Of a stretch of 33,962 bases of DNA, positions 11,353-23,142 are shown piece by piece; the first letter of the stretch is position 1, and every line of letters begins with the position of its first letter. The stretch spans positions 1-33,962 of the forward strand of contig CAJVPI010000348.1 in assembly GCA_910592345.1 (NCBI GenBank). Direction: 5' to 3'. The notes below the pieces were generated by a model. The model was not told where the DNA came from, did no database searches, and worked only from the letters and a program-made list of their open reading frames with translations. A program made the position numbers and the translations under genes. Origin of the DNA: Paraglomus brasilianum (taxonomy: Eukaryota).

Positions 11353-11700
11353 CAGATAGAACAATGTGAATTTTTTAAAGTTGAGGCGGCAACGCCTTTC
11401 CCCCCGCATAACTCGCGGATTTGAGTGGCCACTTGGTTAAATGAAAAGTCCGAGTCCAGCTCAGATTTCGTATCGAATAGAGTTTTAAAATTTTTCCAAC
11501 ATTAAACAACTAATGTCGCTCACTGAGCGACTTATTGGGTTTAGATTTTACTTTGATTCAACTGCTTGAATGATTATTTCAAGCTTTTGATTTACGTCGC
11601 AGAGTTGAATATACGTTATATAGTGGAGCAAAGGACCGAAGACAAGTCCGATCAACAACCCCCCGAATAAATTCAATGGTGAATAATTTGTTGTTTGCTT

Positions 11701-11701
<1 letters not shown>

Positions 11702-11729
<28 letters not shown>
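11702..11729. repeat. Poly(T) tract, 28 nt
   Basis: Directly visible homopolymer. Confidence 0.9.
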
Positions 11730-11734
<5 letters not shown>

Positions 11735-11797
11735 GATACTTGTTTCAATATCGATGCTGGAAAGATTTATGTGATTTGATTTTCTATGACGAAAATA

Positions 11798-12320
11798 CAG
11801 TCAAAGCTCGTTATAATAGAACTACGTTATAATAGAATCGTTTTGTAAGAGAACTTTTTTTTTGGTCCCGATTTTTATAGTAACTCGCGTTATTAGTTAT
11901 AACGATAATAAAACGGATATTTAGCATCTAAAGCGCTTAGTTTATAGAAAATGTCTAACACCGAATCTATTAAAAGGAAATCTTTAACAAATGCACAGAA
12001 GCGTCAACTATGCCTTGACAAGGAGAAAAAATCCACATCATCAAGTTAGAATTTTCCGAAATACTTGCAATTTAAATTAAGCGAAAGATAGATCTGTATA
12101 GTTTTCGATAAAAAAAAAACAGTTGCGGCTGGATAGTTTTATTTTATGATTCTGTCATAATCGTATCAAAGGGGAATAAATTTTACGCTATAATAGAATT
12201 ACACGTGCAATCACTAAGAAATCCACTATAACAATCATACTAATACACGTTATTATGGAACTCGTGCTATAAGAGAGTTCATGGGTTGTGCCCAACTTTC
12301 TATTATAACGAGCTTCATTA
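11798..12320 (+). mobile_element. Non-autonomous pogo-type element (second family)
   Basis: Left end TA|CAGTCAAAGCTCGTTATAATAGAA; right end TTCTATTATAACGAGCTT (outermost bases eroded). Internal MSNTESIKRKSLTNAQKRQLCLDKEK at 11951 is a CENP-B-type N-terminus. Confidence 0.8.
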
Positions 12321-12705
12321 AAAATATGTTACGGTTGCGGATTTGTCTATCAAACAGATGTAAATAAGATCGGACCCCTTCTTATTGCAGCAACAAGGCG
12401 TTATAATGGCAAGATTGTTTCGTAAGCTGAATTTTAATCATTTTAACTACTCCAAGATGAAAAATCATACAACTACTGCTCAACCAAGATTTTTAAATAA
12501 TATTATTAGTTTTTGGTGCTTTTACTTAACTGGCCTAGCATTACGTATTGTGTATCTAAAAAAAAGAGCGTAAAAACATATACTGATCGTATGAATGAAT
12601 ACAGGAATGGAGACTTTGACTGTAACACAATTCTCACATGAAATCGGAATAAATGCGTCATGTCAACTTGGACTTAAAGCAGACCTGACGCACATTCTCT
12701 TACTC

Positions 12706-13790
12706 ATGAGTTATTCTTCTCACCTTTGTCCAACTTGTGACGTCCTGAGAATTCAACTAAAACTAAAAGAGGATCAGTTGAAAGCGAAAGAGGACCAGCT
12801 GAAGGCGAAAGAAGATAAAATATGTCAGTTACAAGAGACTGTGATACAGACACAAAGAGATCTTATTGCTGCTAAGGAAGAAACGTTAATGATAAAGGGA
12901 CTGCATGAGTTAACACTGAGTATGGAATATGAAGATGCTCCTGTTGTTTGGATTTGGACATTGTATATGGCGTTATTCCAAATAAAATGAGTTATTGAAA
13001 CGGTGTCGGTATGGAACTGCTTGGTCTAACAACCAACGCGATCTCTAATGGTTTGATCGTTTCAATAATGGATGCCCCGCATTCTTCTGTTCTCATAGAC
13101 TCCCAATCTCGTCCAGTTTCGTCAAGTACGTCGCGTAGTTTTATGACTGGCTCATTTATTGATTCTGGTACGTATAACAGTGTCATTTGGCGATGGTATG
13201 GGTTGCAGCGTTGGAATTAAGTCACTACATAATTGCTTTGGTAGGTAAAACACCTGCCAGTGATACGTCTAGCGAGATAGAATGGGTGACCAGCGAAAAT
13301 CCAAACCCTAGAGGCAAGCACACTATGTTACCAATTGCGCGCTTTACAATCGAGCTCTCTTACTTTGACTAAATTTTTTGCATGCCATTGGTACAGATGT
13401 GATACGAGAACACCGCGCTTTCATAGGAAATGTTGCGCCTGATACTAGTAAACCAAAACTTAAAAGGATACTTGAAGATCAAATAGGAGCGGTGCGCTCT
13501 CTCAACATGGTTGTTGATAAGGTAATCTTTTTGATTTATTGTACACGTTTGGGGATACATGATGCACACAGACGCAATGATTGTCGGTTGTGAATTCAAT
13601 TACTCATTTACTCTGTTCACTCACCTAGCATTGTGCCTTTGCTGAATTTGCAACACGAGAAATTTTCAACATGGCCGTTAGCATTGGATTTGTCGTGGTA
13701 GATGGACGTAGATTGAAAATAGAACAAACGAAAGAACAAACGAAATCACAGAGTGTCAGAGATGGGGGTCGAAACAGGAAACGACGATGA
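12706..13790 (+). CDS. Coiled-coil + C-terminal RRM protein, ~212 aa, 5 exons (12706-12919, 13099-13167, 13245-13313, 13397-13521, 13629-13790)
   Basis: RNP2-like AFIGNV and RNP1-like KHCAFAEF, followed by VDGRRLKIE and a basic tail. N-terminal heptads KEDQLKAKEDQLKAKEDKI. The frame stays intact using four introns, one with a GC donor. Start codon and intron 1 are less certain. Confidence 0.7.
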
Positions 13791-14247
13791 ATTATATATT
13801 AAATGAAAATTAAATCATCACTTAAGATAATGTGACATGTAATGACCATTGGATGAATGCTCAGTCAGGTTTATGGTTTGAACCTTGATAAACGGTCAAT
13901 ACATGATCTTCCGTGTTTGTCACTCTCGTTGCAATGAGTAAATTGTGATTCAAGGGTATCAGTTTATTCAGAGTCTAATGCGCTTACCCAACATCCAAGC
14001 AATAGATATATCTTACAATCATATTGTTTATTAATACATTTTATATTCATTTTCACCCCTACAATTTTTCATTACATGTACACCATTGTCATTGTGTTCA
14101 TATTCGCATTTGACTTTTCGTTACATTCTTGTCACATTTCATAATAAAGGCAATGTTGATACTAACATCGCTGCAATGCAAGGATACTGACTGGAATGTT
14201 GGCTGAATATAGCAGGGAAGGAGTGACAAACTCACACTTTATGTTGC

Positions 14248-14722
14248 TTAATCTGGAAGAAGAACGTGATCAATCATTATTAAGCTATTAAGACTGTTTA
14301 TCTTGTCTAGTATTCTGCGACTCACCTAAGCAACATCCATTATCCCAAGAGGACCGTTCATATCCATAATAACGACCCGTGCAGTGTCGGCAAATACATC
14401 TTTCCACATAATAACAACGGCAGCAAAAACAACAGAATCGACAATAGATGCAGTATTCCACATAGCAATAGTAACAGCGACCGTAGTATCGGCAAAGGAA
14501 ACAATAACAACAGTAGTGACCACTATTTACGTGACAACATTTCCGTAATGTAGAGTGTATCAGCAAGGGAATTGTTTGTTGCAAGGTTGGATTGGGTGTG
14601 GGAGGGTTAATAGGGGCGTGGAATACTTGAGGTTGGATTGGCTGATTAGAGTGATGGTGTTTCGGTGTCAATTTAGGAATTGATTGAAAAGAAGGAAATT
14701 GTGGCTTGGTACGTATTAGCAT
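14248..14722 (-). CDS. Orphan Pro/Gln-rich + Cys/Tyr-rich small protein (133 aa spliced, ending GCCLD; 144 aa if unspliced)
   Basis: ATG-initiated ORF with a TATA-like TTATATAT just upstream. Synonymous TGT/TGC and TAT/TAC alternation occurs in this frame. A strong donor AG|GTGAGT at 14325 pairs with a pyrimidine-rich CAG acceptor at 14253. Confidence 0.6.
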
Positions 14723-15246
14723 TTGCGGAAGGATGATTGATGAAAGAGATATAAGATATATAAGGAGAAGTAAATATCGAGCGAGATAGGCTGGGACAAT
14801 ATCACCACAACTAATGTCCTCTCCACCAAATAAACGAATGAGATAGTTCGCGTGTTTTTAATAACAAATCAAGGAAAGACGCAAATGTGTCATTGCATAA
14901 ACGCGTTCCATGCTGACAAAAATCGTCATGGAGCCGTCATTCTCTCTTCACGTGATAATTATATTTCATAATCGTAATTACATTCTCTTCGCCGACAATT
15001 CTTCATAAGTGTATTCTCCGATTAATCACGTGCATGAAATACAATCAGCACCACTATTTGAAAGTCGAAAGATGTTCGTTGTCTCTCCCACAGAAGGCGT
15101 AGAGACGTATTTAAGCCACAGAGGAAAAGTTTATGTGAATCAGATAGCTGCAAATCTTTCTTCAAACTTTTTTGGCATTTGTTCTTGGAGCCGTTTTGAT
15201 TCCCATTCCCTTTTCCCAGTCCAAGTAATAACCGTATCTTTTCGGA

Positions 15247-18200
15247 ATGTTTGACTACTTGCAGTCATACGTGAACCAAAACCGAATAACTCATTTACTG
15301 GCAGCACGGTCGGTGACACCATGTTCAAGGCACCAATTCGCACGAGCGGTTAACGGAAACTCATATCTTGCAACAAGATTTACTGATAAGCCACCGAATA
15401 AGTATGAAAGTTTAATAGGACACACTGGGTGTGTTAATACAGTTGTGTGGAATGAGGCAGGAGACCTCATTCTATCGGGATCAGGTAAGATTGGCTTTAG
15501 CATTAGGAAGAGGATTAGGCAGAATGAATGGGATAAGAGAGACCATAATGGTCTTAATTATTAATACCCAAAGTCTCGCTGAGTAATGGTGGAAGATCGT
15601 CGTGTATATACAGATCGTTGATCGAAATCTGTGTAATTGAGACTTTAAGATTGAGAAAAATTGGGCATGCTAAATTACTTATGGGAAAATCTATGGAACG
15701 AAACAATAAATCCCGTATGATTTGAATGACAGCCCCTTACCCATATTGACATATTCTGTTTCTCGTTCTCTTTCACACATGACTTCACGTTTAGATGACT
15801 GTAAACTAAACATTTGGACTCCGTTCACCCATCCGTCACGTTCGCCTTGCCATTCAATCGTATCTGGACACACCGCGAACATTTTTTCGGCACGATTTAT
15901 GGCCAATACGGGAGACCGTCATATAGTTTCATGTGCAGCAGATGGAATTATACGGTTCACAGATTTGAATAAAGTTACTGATAGCGGAATCGGATGTCCA
16001 TCACCGCCCTTTAGGTGTCATAGAGATTTAGTGTAAGTGACCAATATTGTGGTTGTAGACGATATTCTAAACAGTGGTATAGAATGAGAAGCATTGGAGT
16101 GGTGTTGAAGTTTTTTAACTTTTTAATTAATCACAAACACTTTTTTTTTAAAATCTCATTCCATTTATTCTAACCTGTTCAGCTATGAAGTGATGCCCGA
16201 TCCTACCGATAGCAACGTTTTCTTTTCCTGCTCAGACGACGGTTGTATAAATCTCTTCGATCTCCGCGTCTCAACCTCATGTACAGTAGATAACTGCGAA
16301 CGACACGTGTTTATCGATATAAACCAAAGTCGCCCATCTCATCAGTCTCGTATAAACAATGCATCTGATTCCACGTCCAACTCTCAATCCAACTCGCAAC
16401 CTAACTCGTCATCTTCTACACGACAGGGACAAACAAGCCAATCAACGGATCAGGAGTCATCAAGAAGAAGAGATAGAAGGCGGCGACCGCTAGGATTGTT
16501 TACTTATGGAAGCGCTGTCACGGCGATTAGTATTAGACCGGATAATCCCGTTTATCTTGCGGCAGCGTGTTCGGATGAAACAGTCAGGATATACGACAGA
16601 CGGTTCGTTCGCCCGCCGAGCGAAAATGTATATCATCGGGAAGGACAAGTTTATCAATTTATTCCATCACACCTTAAAAGTCGGCGAAGAGAAGCTGCCA
16701 ATGGGACCGGAAGACTAAGATCTGCCGCCATCCATTCTCATCCTCACAAGATGACTTCACTCAAATTTGATCCAAATGGTGGTGGTGACTTGTGCGCTAG
16801 TTATTCACGAGAGAAAGTATACTTGATTCGTCCGCATGGAGGGAAGTTTGATAAAGTTGTATCGAAGAGAAACGGCGGAATCAGAGTATTGAACAAGGGA
16901 AAAGGAAAGGGAATTGATGCTCAAGGATTCCCTGAAAATAGGAACACGTTAGGAGGTCCGAATGATATGGAAGTTGATCTGTATGATATCAGACTCGATA
17001 TATCCGATAGCGACGACGATGAGAATGGCGGTGTGTTCGCATCTTCTATTAAGAAAGATGCAAACAACTTCATGAGTGAGGACGAGGATACCGTTTCGAC
17101 TCTATCGCCATCCCCGTCGCACAATGTCACTGCATCTCCAGCAAACGATCGTTTGGCCGACGCGAATGTGAAGATAAAATATCCATCTTCATCTCCTTAT
17201 TCATCTTCGACTGAAGTTTCCACAAAAATAGACGAAACTGTTTCTACAGCGGAGCTCTCAGATACTCTACTGTTTAAAACATCCTCAACATTGTCACCAT
17301 TATTAGACGACTTTTACCCTAGCACAACTCAATCGCCATCATTTCCGTTCAGCAGTGTACCTAATCCCATGCCCGATCGTCTTTCTACTTCACCAGCCCA
17401 CTCGTCTGCCCAGACGCCACTATCTGCCGCCAGCTCATCCGTAGAGAGTTCAAATACTACTACACCGAATATATCTCGATTGGATACGTCAAATTCCGAT
17501 GACTTTTGGTCGGAGATTGTAATGACAACAGCACCTGATGCCTTGAGGAAAGAGGAGAATGCCGAAGACGCCGAGGATGAAGATGATGACGATGACGATG
17601 ACGACGACGATGTGAGGAGTTCTGATGATGAGAGTGGAGATTCTTTTGACGGAGAAGCCACGGATGAGGATGTGCTTATGACTTATGATGGGCATTTAAA
17701 CGAGAGGACTATGGTGGAGTATCTATAGATGTTTGGAGGGTGAACGGCGGAGTATGAAAATAGGGGCTCGAATAATAGTCAAGACGATCGTTTGAAATTG
17801 CTAAGTGAAATGAACATTTGATAAATTTATATACATACCTTTATAGTATAATAGTAGAATACAATCGTCTGATTCAGCCTTGCCGCCAACGTGTTTCTAA
17901 ACCTAAGCGACTCACCGAAACCTCATCGTGTTTCTTTCTATTTAGATAAAAGAAGCCAACTTTTTCGGGGGCCGATCAGAGTACATAATGTCTGGATCAG
18001 ATGATGGGCGGATCTTTGTATGGGAGAAGTCGACGGGAAAGTTGGTCAATCTTATGATGGGAGACCGTGTAAGTGATACGTGACTCCAGTCTGCGTGACA
18101 GTCCTATTTTTTGTCATTACTGTTGTTATTATTATTCTCATTCCTTTCCCTTTTTTTTTTCTCACAATAGCGCGTCGTCAACTGCATACAGCCACACCCA

Positions 18201-18574
18201 TTTTATCCGATTTTGGCAACATCTGGAATAGACTATGACGTGAAACTATGGTACCCAACTGCGGATAGTCCATATAATGTCTCAGAAGCTGAAGAGATTG
18301 TAAAGAAGAACAGGGAGCAGTCAAGAGAAAGTGCGTCACCCTTTTTTGGCGAACGAGTTACAGTGCCTGTGCCTGCAAATATGTTTTTCCACTTTTTGTG
18401 TAAGTGTTATGCAGACAAAGAGATCATTAGACGCATAGTACTAAATTCAATTTCTTAGTACTCGACAATATTATGGCAGCTACTTTTTGATCACCTGATT
18501 AACGTGCATTTGCTTTTATAGCTATGTTGAACGACTCGTTCGATCCATTCTTCGACTCTGTTGATTCAGACTAA
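15247..18574 (+). CDS. DCAF6: DDB1-CUL4-associated WD40 protein (DCAF6/DCAF8/Iqw1 family), ~803 aa, 6 exons (15247-15484, 15795-16032, 16183-17713, 17946-18068, 18171-18399, 18522-18574)
   Basis: GHTGCVNTVVWN...SGSDD, SGHTANIFSARF, DWD-type FDLR and YDRR, GHLNERTMIKEANFFG...SGSDDGRIFVW, VVNCIQPHP...LATSGIDYDVKLW. A long Ser-rich/acidic insert lies within the propeller. Confidence 0.9.
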
Positions 18575-21063
18575 TGGACTTCGGGACGACATTATAGTAA
18601 CAATTTCAAGTAAATATCGTTTATTATTTTTTTACCCTAGTTTGTAATTGCGGTATATATTTAAGTTATTATTCCATTCTAGTGTTTATTATAGTGTACC
18701 TCTTGTGCCTAGTGCCTATTGTCATGTGGGCTCTTTTCTTAATTTCACCATATTCGCATATGTAAGTTTATCGTTTAATAACTATTTTCTTAGATCACGT
18801 TAATTGGCCAATGTTCACGCACATCGGCAGTTCAATCTTTGCGGAAGTGCTGTATATGGATACATTCGTTTATTGTTTATTCACGTTCTTGCTAGGGCGC
18901 GATTGAAAATGGTTATAATCATCGTAATAATTGAAAACATGGAGGGAAGTATTGTAGTCTGAAGGCATGACATTTGCCATCTGCCGGTTCCGGAAATACC
19001 TCAAGATAGGGGAAGGATATAATTGAAATTCTCAGTTGATCTACGCGCAACTGATCATTCAGCAGGAGAGTATGCATAAACATATTCGTTATAGTCATAA
19101 ACTGGGATAGTTGTATCACTATCACTTTATTGTTTATTGGAGCACTTCTTGGTCAATTGTACGAAACGTGATTCAAAACGTTAGAGCCACCTAAATGATT
19201 TTGACGCAAACTTCATCCAACAGTTATCAAAGTTCCACGGCAGATTGCAACAACCAAAGTTCAATGGTACCCAACCATCAGACTGTAAACACAAGGTTCA
19301 GGAGTGTACAGTAAAAGGCACATCATCCCAAACCTTCTGGTATGAGTAGCTTTAGTAAGACAACCATCTCTGTGGCATCATATAACAAACGATACGTGTT
19401 ATCCGAGAAGACTTTCTTCAATAAAATCTTGATTCTTCAACAATGAATGAAGCTTGGCAACAGAATTTATTGAAGGAAAATATCTTATAATTAAATTTGA
19501 CGAGACTTCTGTCTTTTAGTAGCGATTATACCGTGACACACACAAATAATAATATCATAATAATATCAATATTCTTTTAATGTATAAACCATATCTGCAT
19601 CATCTTATTCATAGGAATTTCCAACATACAGCAAGGTTTAGCCGATTCCGGAAACTTGGAAGCCATTCGAGAAATTAACAATTCTTTATCAGCAAAAAAT
19701 ATTAGCCTTTGCGGATACTCAGTTTATAGATTTCAAGCCCTCGTATGGATTCTTTTTCTTCCTATTTTTTGTTACATATCGGCATTCTCCGTGTGAGTGA
19801 ATTGTTTTTAATGTCTGGCCACTCTTTGAATATTCTAGATAGTTGATCTTCTATTATATGATTACCACTTGGTGTATTGTTGCTACTTCAAAATTCCCCC
19901 CTTATTGCTATAGTTATTCCATGTTCTCAAGTCGTCAAGGCATTTTAAGATAAACTCCATGGTGGCCGTTTTATAGATCAACCAAGAGTTTGGTGGAAAT
20001 ACATATGAACGCCTATTTGGTGAGGCATAAAAACCATCATCCATCGATTAGGAACCCACCTTCCCCCATAACAGGTAAAATCCTAAAAATAAATATAAAT
20101 GGCTTATTATTATACATCCTACGGTCTTTAATAAAATAGCCAGTCTGAAGAATAATAGAAATTGTCACTTCTGAAATATTGTGATTCATCAGTCAAGCTG
20201 TAATTCATCATTGATATTTAACTCGAGAGATGGACGAGATATGCAACCTCGGTATTTTCTGCAACTCTTAATTTTATCCTTTTTACAAAACTCGTATCCT
20301 AATGCTGACCATTTTGCGAAAAGACTAATCCTTAAATCATTATCGAAATTCTCGAATAGACTGTTAGTCCTTGAAATTTGAAGGTGGAACATTCTGCCAT
20401 GATAATAACGGTGCATTGTATTTAAGGAGTTCGCGTTTCCAATTTATTGTGATTAGTCCTAATTCTTTTTGTATTTTCTTTGTCTTCCATAGTTAAAGGA
20501 TTTAAATTTTTTTTTTACAAAAAAGAATTGAGTCATTTAATCTCTTCTTGCCCAATCTATATTTTCAATGTCTTCTTGGGATAAGTTAGAAATAACCATC
20601 TTGTTATCTTTTCTCCATTTTTTGCAAATTAAGTTCCAAAAAAGATATTGTTTACTTACAATTTATGTGACATTTTTTGAGGTATGGTAGTTCTTGCTTG
20701 TTTACAAAATAAAAGCCAAATCGACCAAAATACACGTTTGATTCGGTTTCAACAGTAACAAAAATGCGATTTGACTCAAAGTGAAAAAGTGTGCCAAATA
20801 GGTGTTTCTGTAAAATAAGCATAAAAGACCGGTTTCAACGTGAGCATGGTTCGTCATTTAGCAGAATAGCATCGATACAGTATAATTATTAATGATTGCA
20901 GGAGGCGCTAAAATAACTTCTCTGTACAAATTTGAATATGACGAAATCTCCGAATAACGGCATATTACCGTATTAGTGTGAATTCGTGTCAATAGACCCT
21001 TTGGAACAAAAATAAGCATACTTTCTTCCATTCCCCGAAACCCTGATTTATAGCGGGGAACAT

Positions 21064-22090
21064 TTATCCATGTTTAGTTGTTTGCATGCGGTTGACATAC
21101 TTGGCAAATTCCTCGCTGCTCAAACACTCGGATGCTTTAATGGAATTGGCTATTTCAATAGTGTCCCTAATAGAACATTTTGTAAGACAAATTCTCCCAT
21201 TCATCGCAATTATCACTTCAAAACAGCCGTATTTCTGGCGGAGGTGCGTCCATGTCGGGTGATTTTCGTCCACTAACCTATAAGACCGAGCTATTAGTAA
21301 CGTCCATAGGCTGATAGCTAGGTAATAGGCATATAATGAGTAATAATCACCTTCTGCACAATCCAAGAGAGCATTTGATCATATATCCCTTCTCTAACAC
21401 CCCATAACCATCAGCACGGTTAGTCGCAGGATTGATGCATGTCAACTCTGGATCCATATCTTTATTCGCTTCGATTATTCGAGCATACACTAGAGTACCA
21501 ACCTTTAATAGGAAAAAAAGAGAATGGGCATTGTCGAATAAGCCCGAACGTTTATTATTATTATTATTATTATCATTATATCAAAGACTCGCATGTTAGT
21601 TCGGTTGATTCTTCAACTTACTTTCAAGTTTGGTTTAGTTCTCCTGGTAACCTTCTCAAACGCCAAGCCATCGAGGACAGCAGCGTGTGCAGCCCCAATA
21701 TCAACTCTGTAGTACTCTGATGTCTTTGCTGTTATTATTCCAAGAACATCCTCTTCCGCCGATGGAACGTACTATATATTAGTAACAGAAATAAGTGCCA
21801 GCATACTAAGAAGACATCCTATCATCAAGCGGCTATATGATAATGACACAATAGCTGTCGTAGTGAATAACTGAAAGAATCAACGCACTCTAATTATCAA
21901 TTGAAATCTCACCTACCCGCCTTTGATTACTTTCGACAAACCATTTCGTTTCATTTTCCTTGCTATGAAGGATACCGGCTTTAGTACTCATAATAGAATC
22001 TTCATTTTGCATTATCAAACCAGGTCCCAATGTCAGTGATTCCGGATCTATCAGAACAGTAGAATCGCCAGGAAGTACATAATTTGACAT
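21064..22090 (-). CDS. RRP40: Exosome complex cap subunit Rrp40 (EXOSC3), 229 aa, 4 exons (22090-21917, 21771-21622, 21502-21351, 21277-21064)
   Basis: VLPGD, LGPGL, KAGIL, RRYVP..EDVLGII, YRVDIG, LAFE...PNLKVGTLVYARI..ANKDMDPELTC, GYGVL, MNGRI. Confidence 0.92.
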
Positions 22091-22222
22091 TTTGACAGGA
22101 ACAAATTAAGAACATCACTTATTAATATCAAGACAAATCAAAAACTGTTATGACATATCACCTGATTATGATTCATCAGATGAATAAAATTTTAATTGTA
22201 AATTAAATTAAGCAGGAAGAGC
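22091..22222. promoter_or_regulatory. Compact bidirectional promoter between RRP40 and bL9m
   Basis: Two divergent ATGs are separated by only 132 bp of AT-rich DNA. Confidence 0.7.
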
Positions 22223-23142
22223 ATGTTGCCGGCTTCGTTCACAAATGCGTGTAAACATTATGCAAGAGCATTTGGAAATGTAACTTCTCAACGAAGAATT
22301 CATATTAAAAGAACGCCAAGAGTCGAAGTGGAATTATTAGAGGACGTTTACAAACTTGGGAGGAAAGGTCTCTCTCGATTCGTCGCAGCTGGAAATTCTA
22401 TGACCAATATACCCGTTATTTCATATTCATGATTTTGTTGTTTTTTCGCAAACTTTTCCAGGGGATGTCGTGTCGGTTGCAAGAGGTTCGTGCCTTTCTT
22501 TTATTGTATATGGCTATTGGTATATCTGTATCTAAGACTGCAATTTTAGGTCACATGAGAGGAACTTTGTTTCCTCAAAGACAGGCTAAATACGTCATGA
22601 AGCGCGTTGGGGTTCGTAAAGATCACAGCAAAAAAAATGAACCAGATCCGGAAGAAATGAAATACTTAAAATTTAAGAATATCGTGCGTAGCTTTCACTA
22701 TTTTTGCAAAAAACTTGTCTTCAAAGGTCCCTAATACTTTCGCCTTGCATGAAATAAGAAATTGCTCCCAGGAATTAAAGAGGTGGATTGTTCTCCGTTG
22801 CGATCTCATCAGCTGCAAGTTAATCTTGCAGTGCTTAATCATTTGCCGGACCTAGTATTCAAGAAGATATCAACTGCAACAGAAGAAAATACGCGCGCGA
22901 TTTCCGGCTCCGTAACCATACAAGATGTGATAGATAAACTCGCACAATACGGTGTCAAATTAGAAAGAGGAAATATAATTTGGCCAATGGGCACAGATGA
23001 CATTACTCAATCCGGAGAATATCGCTGCGTTTTTGCATTTCCCGAGTTTCGGATGAGAATTGCAAAGAAAATAGTTGTCCGAGGATTAAAGAGTAAGAAA
23101 CCGGAAAAGAAAACTCGGGTAAAGCTATCAAAGGAAGTTTAA
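22223..23142 (+). CDS. MRPL9: Mitochondrial ribosomal protein bL9m, ~228 aa, 4 exons (22223-22367, 22462-22485, 22550-22683, 22759-23142)
   Basis: Arg-rich, acid-free presequence. L9 N-domain VELLEDVYKLGRKGDVVSVARGHMRGTLFPQRQAKY and L9 C-domain ISGSVTIQDV...ITQSGEY. Confidence 0.85.

Noticed and set aside
11702..11729. Poly(T) as a retrotransposon or retrogene tail
   Set aside because: No target-site duplication or adjacent element body was recognised.
14326..14523. Hydrophobic Val/Thr/Ala-rich ORF in an alternative frame
   Set aside because: No ATG and a stop just upstream; a by-product of the Cys/Tyr codon composition.
16506..17695. Several overlapping or antisense ORFs
   Set aside because: Shadows of the low-complexity DCAF6-like exon 3.
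18900..20640. Coding-looking decayed sequence (e.g. RYYHGR, GFYASPN, LNDFDAN fragments)
   Set aside because: Probably pseudogene or TE debris, but with too many stops and frameshifts to assign a family or boundaries.
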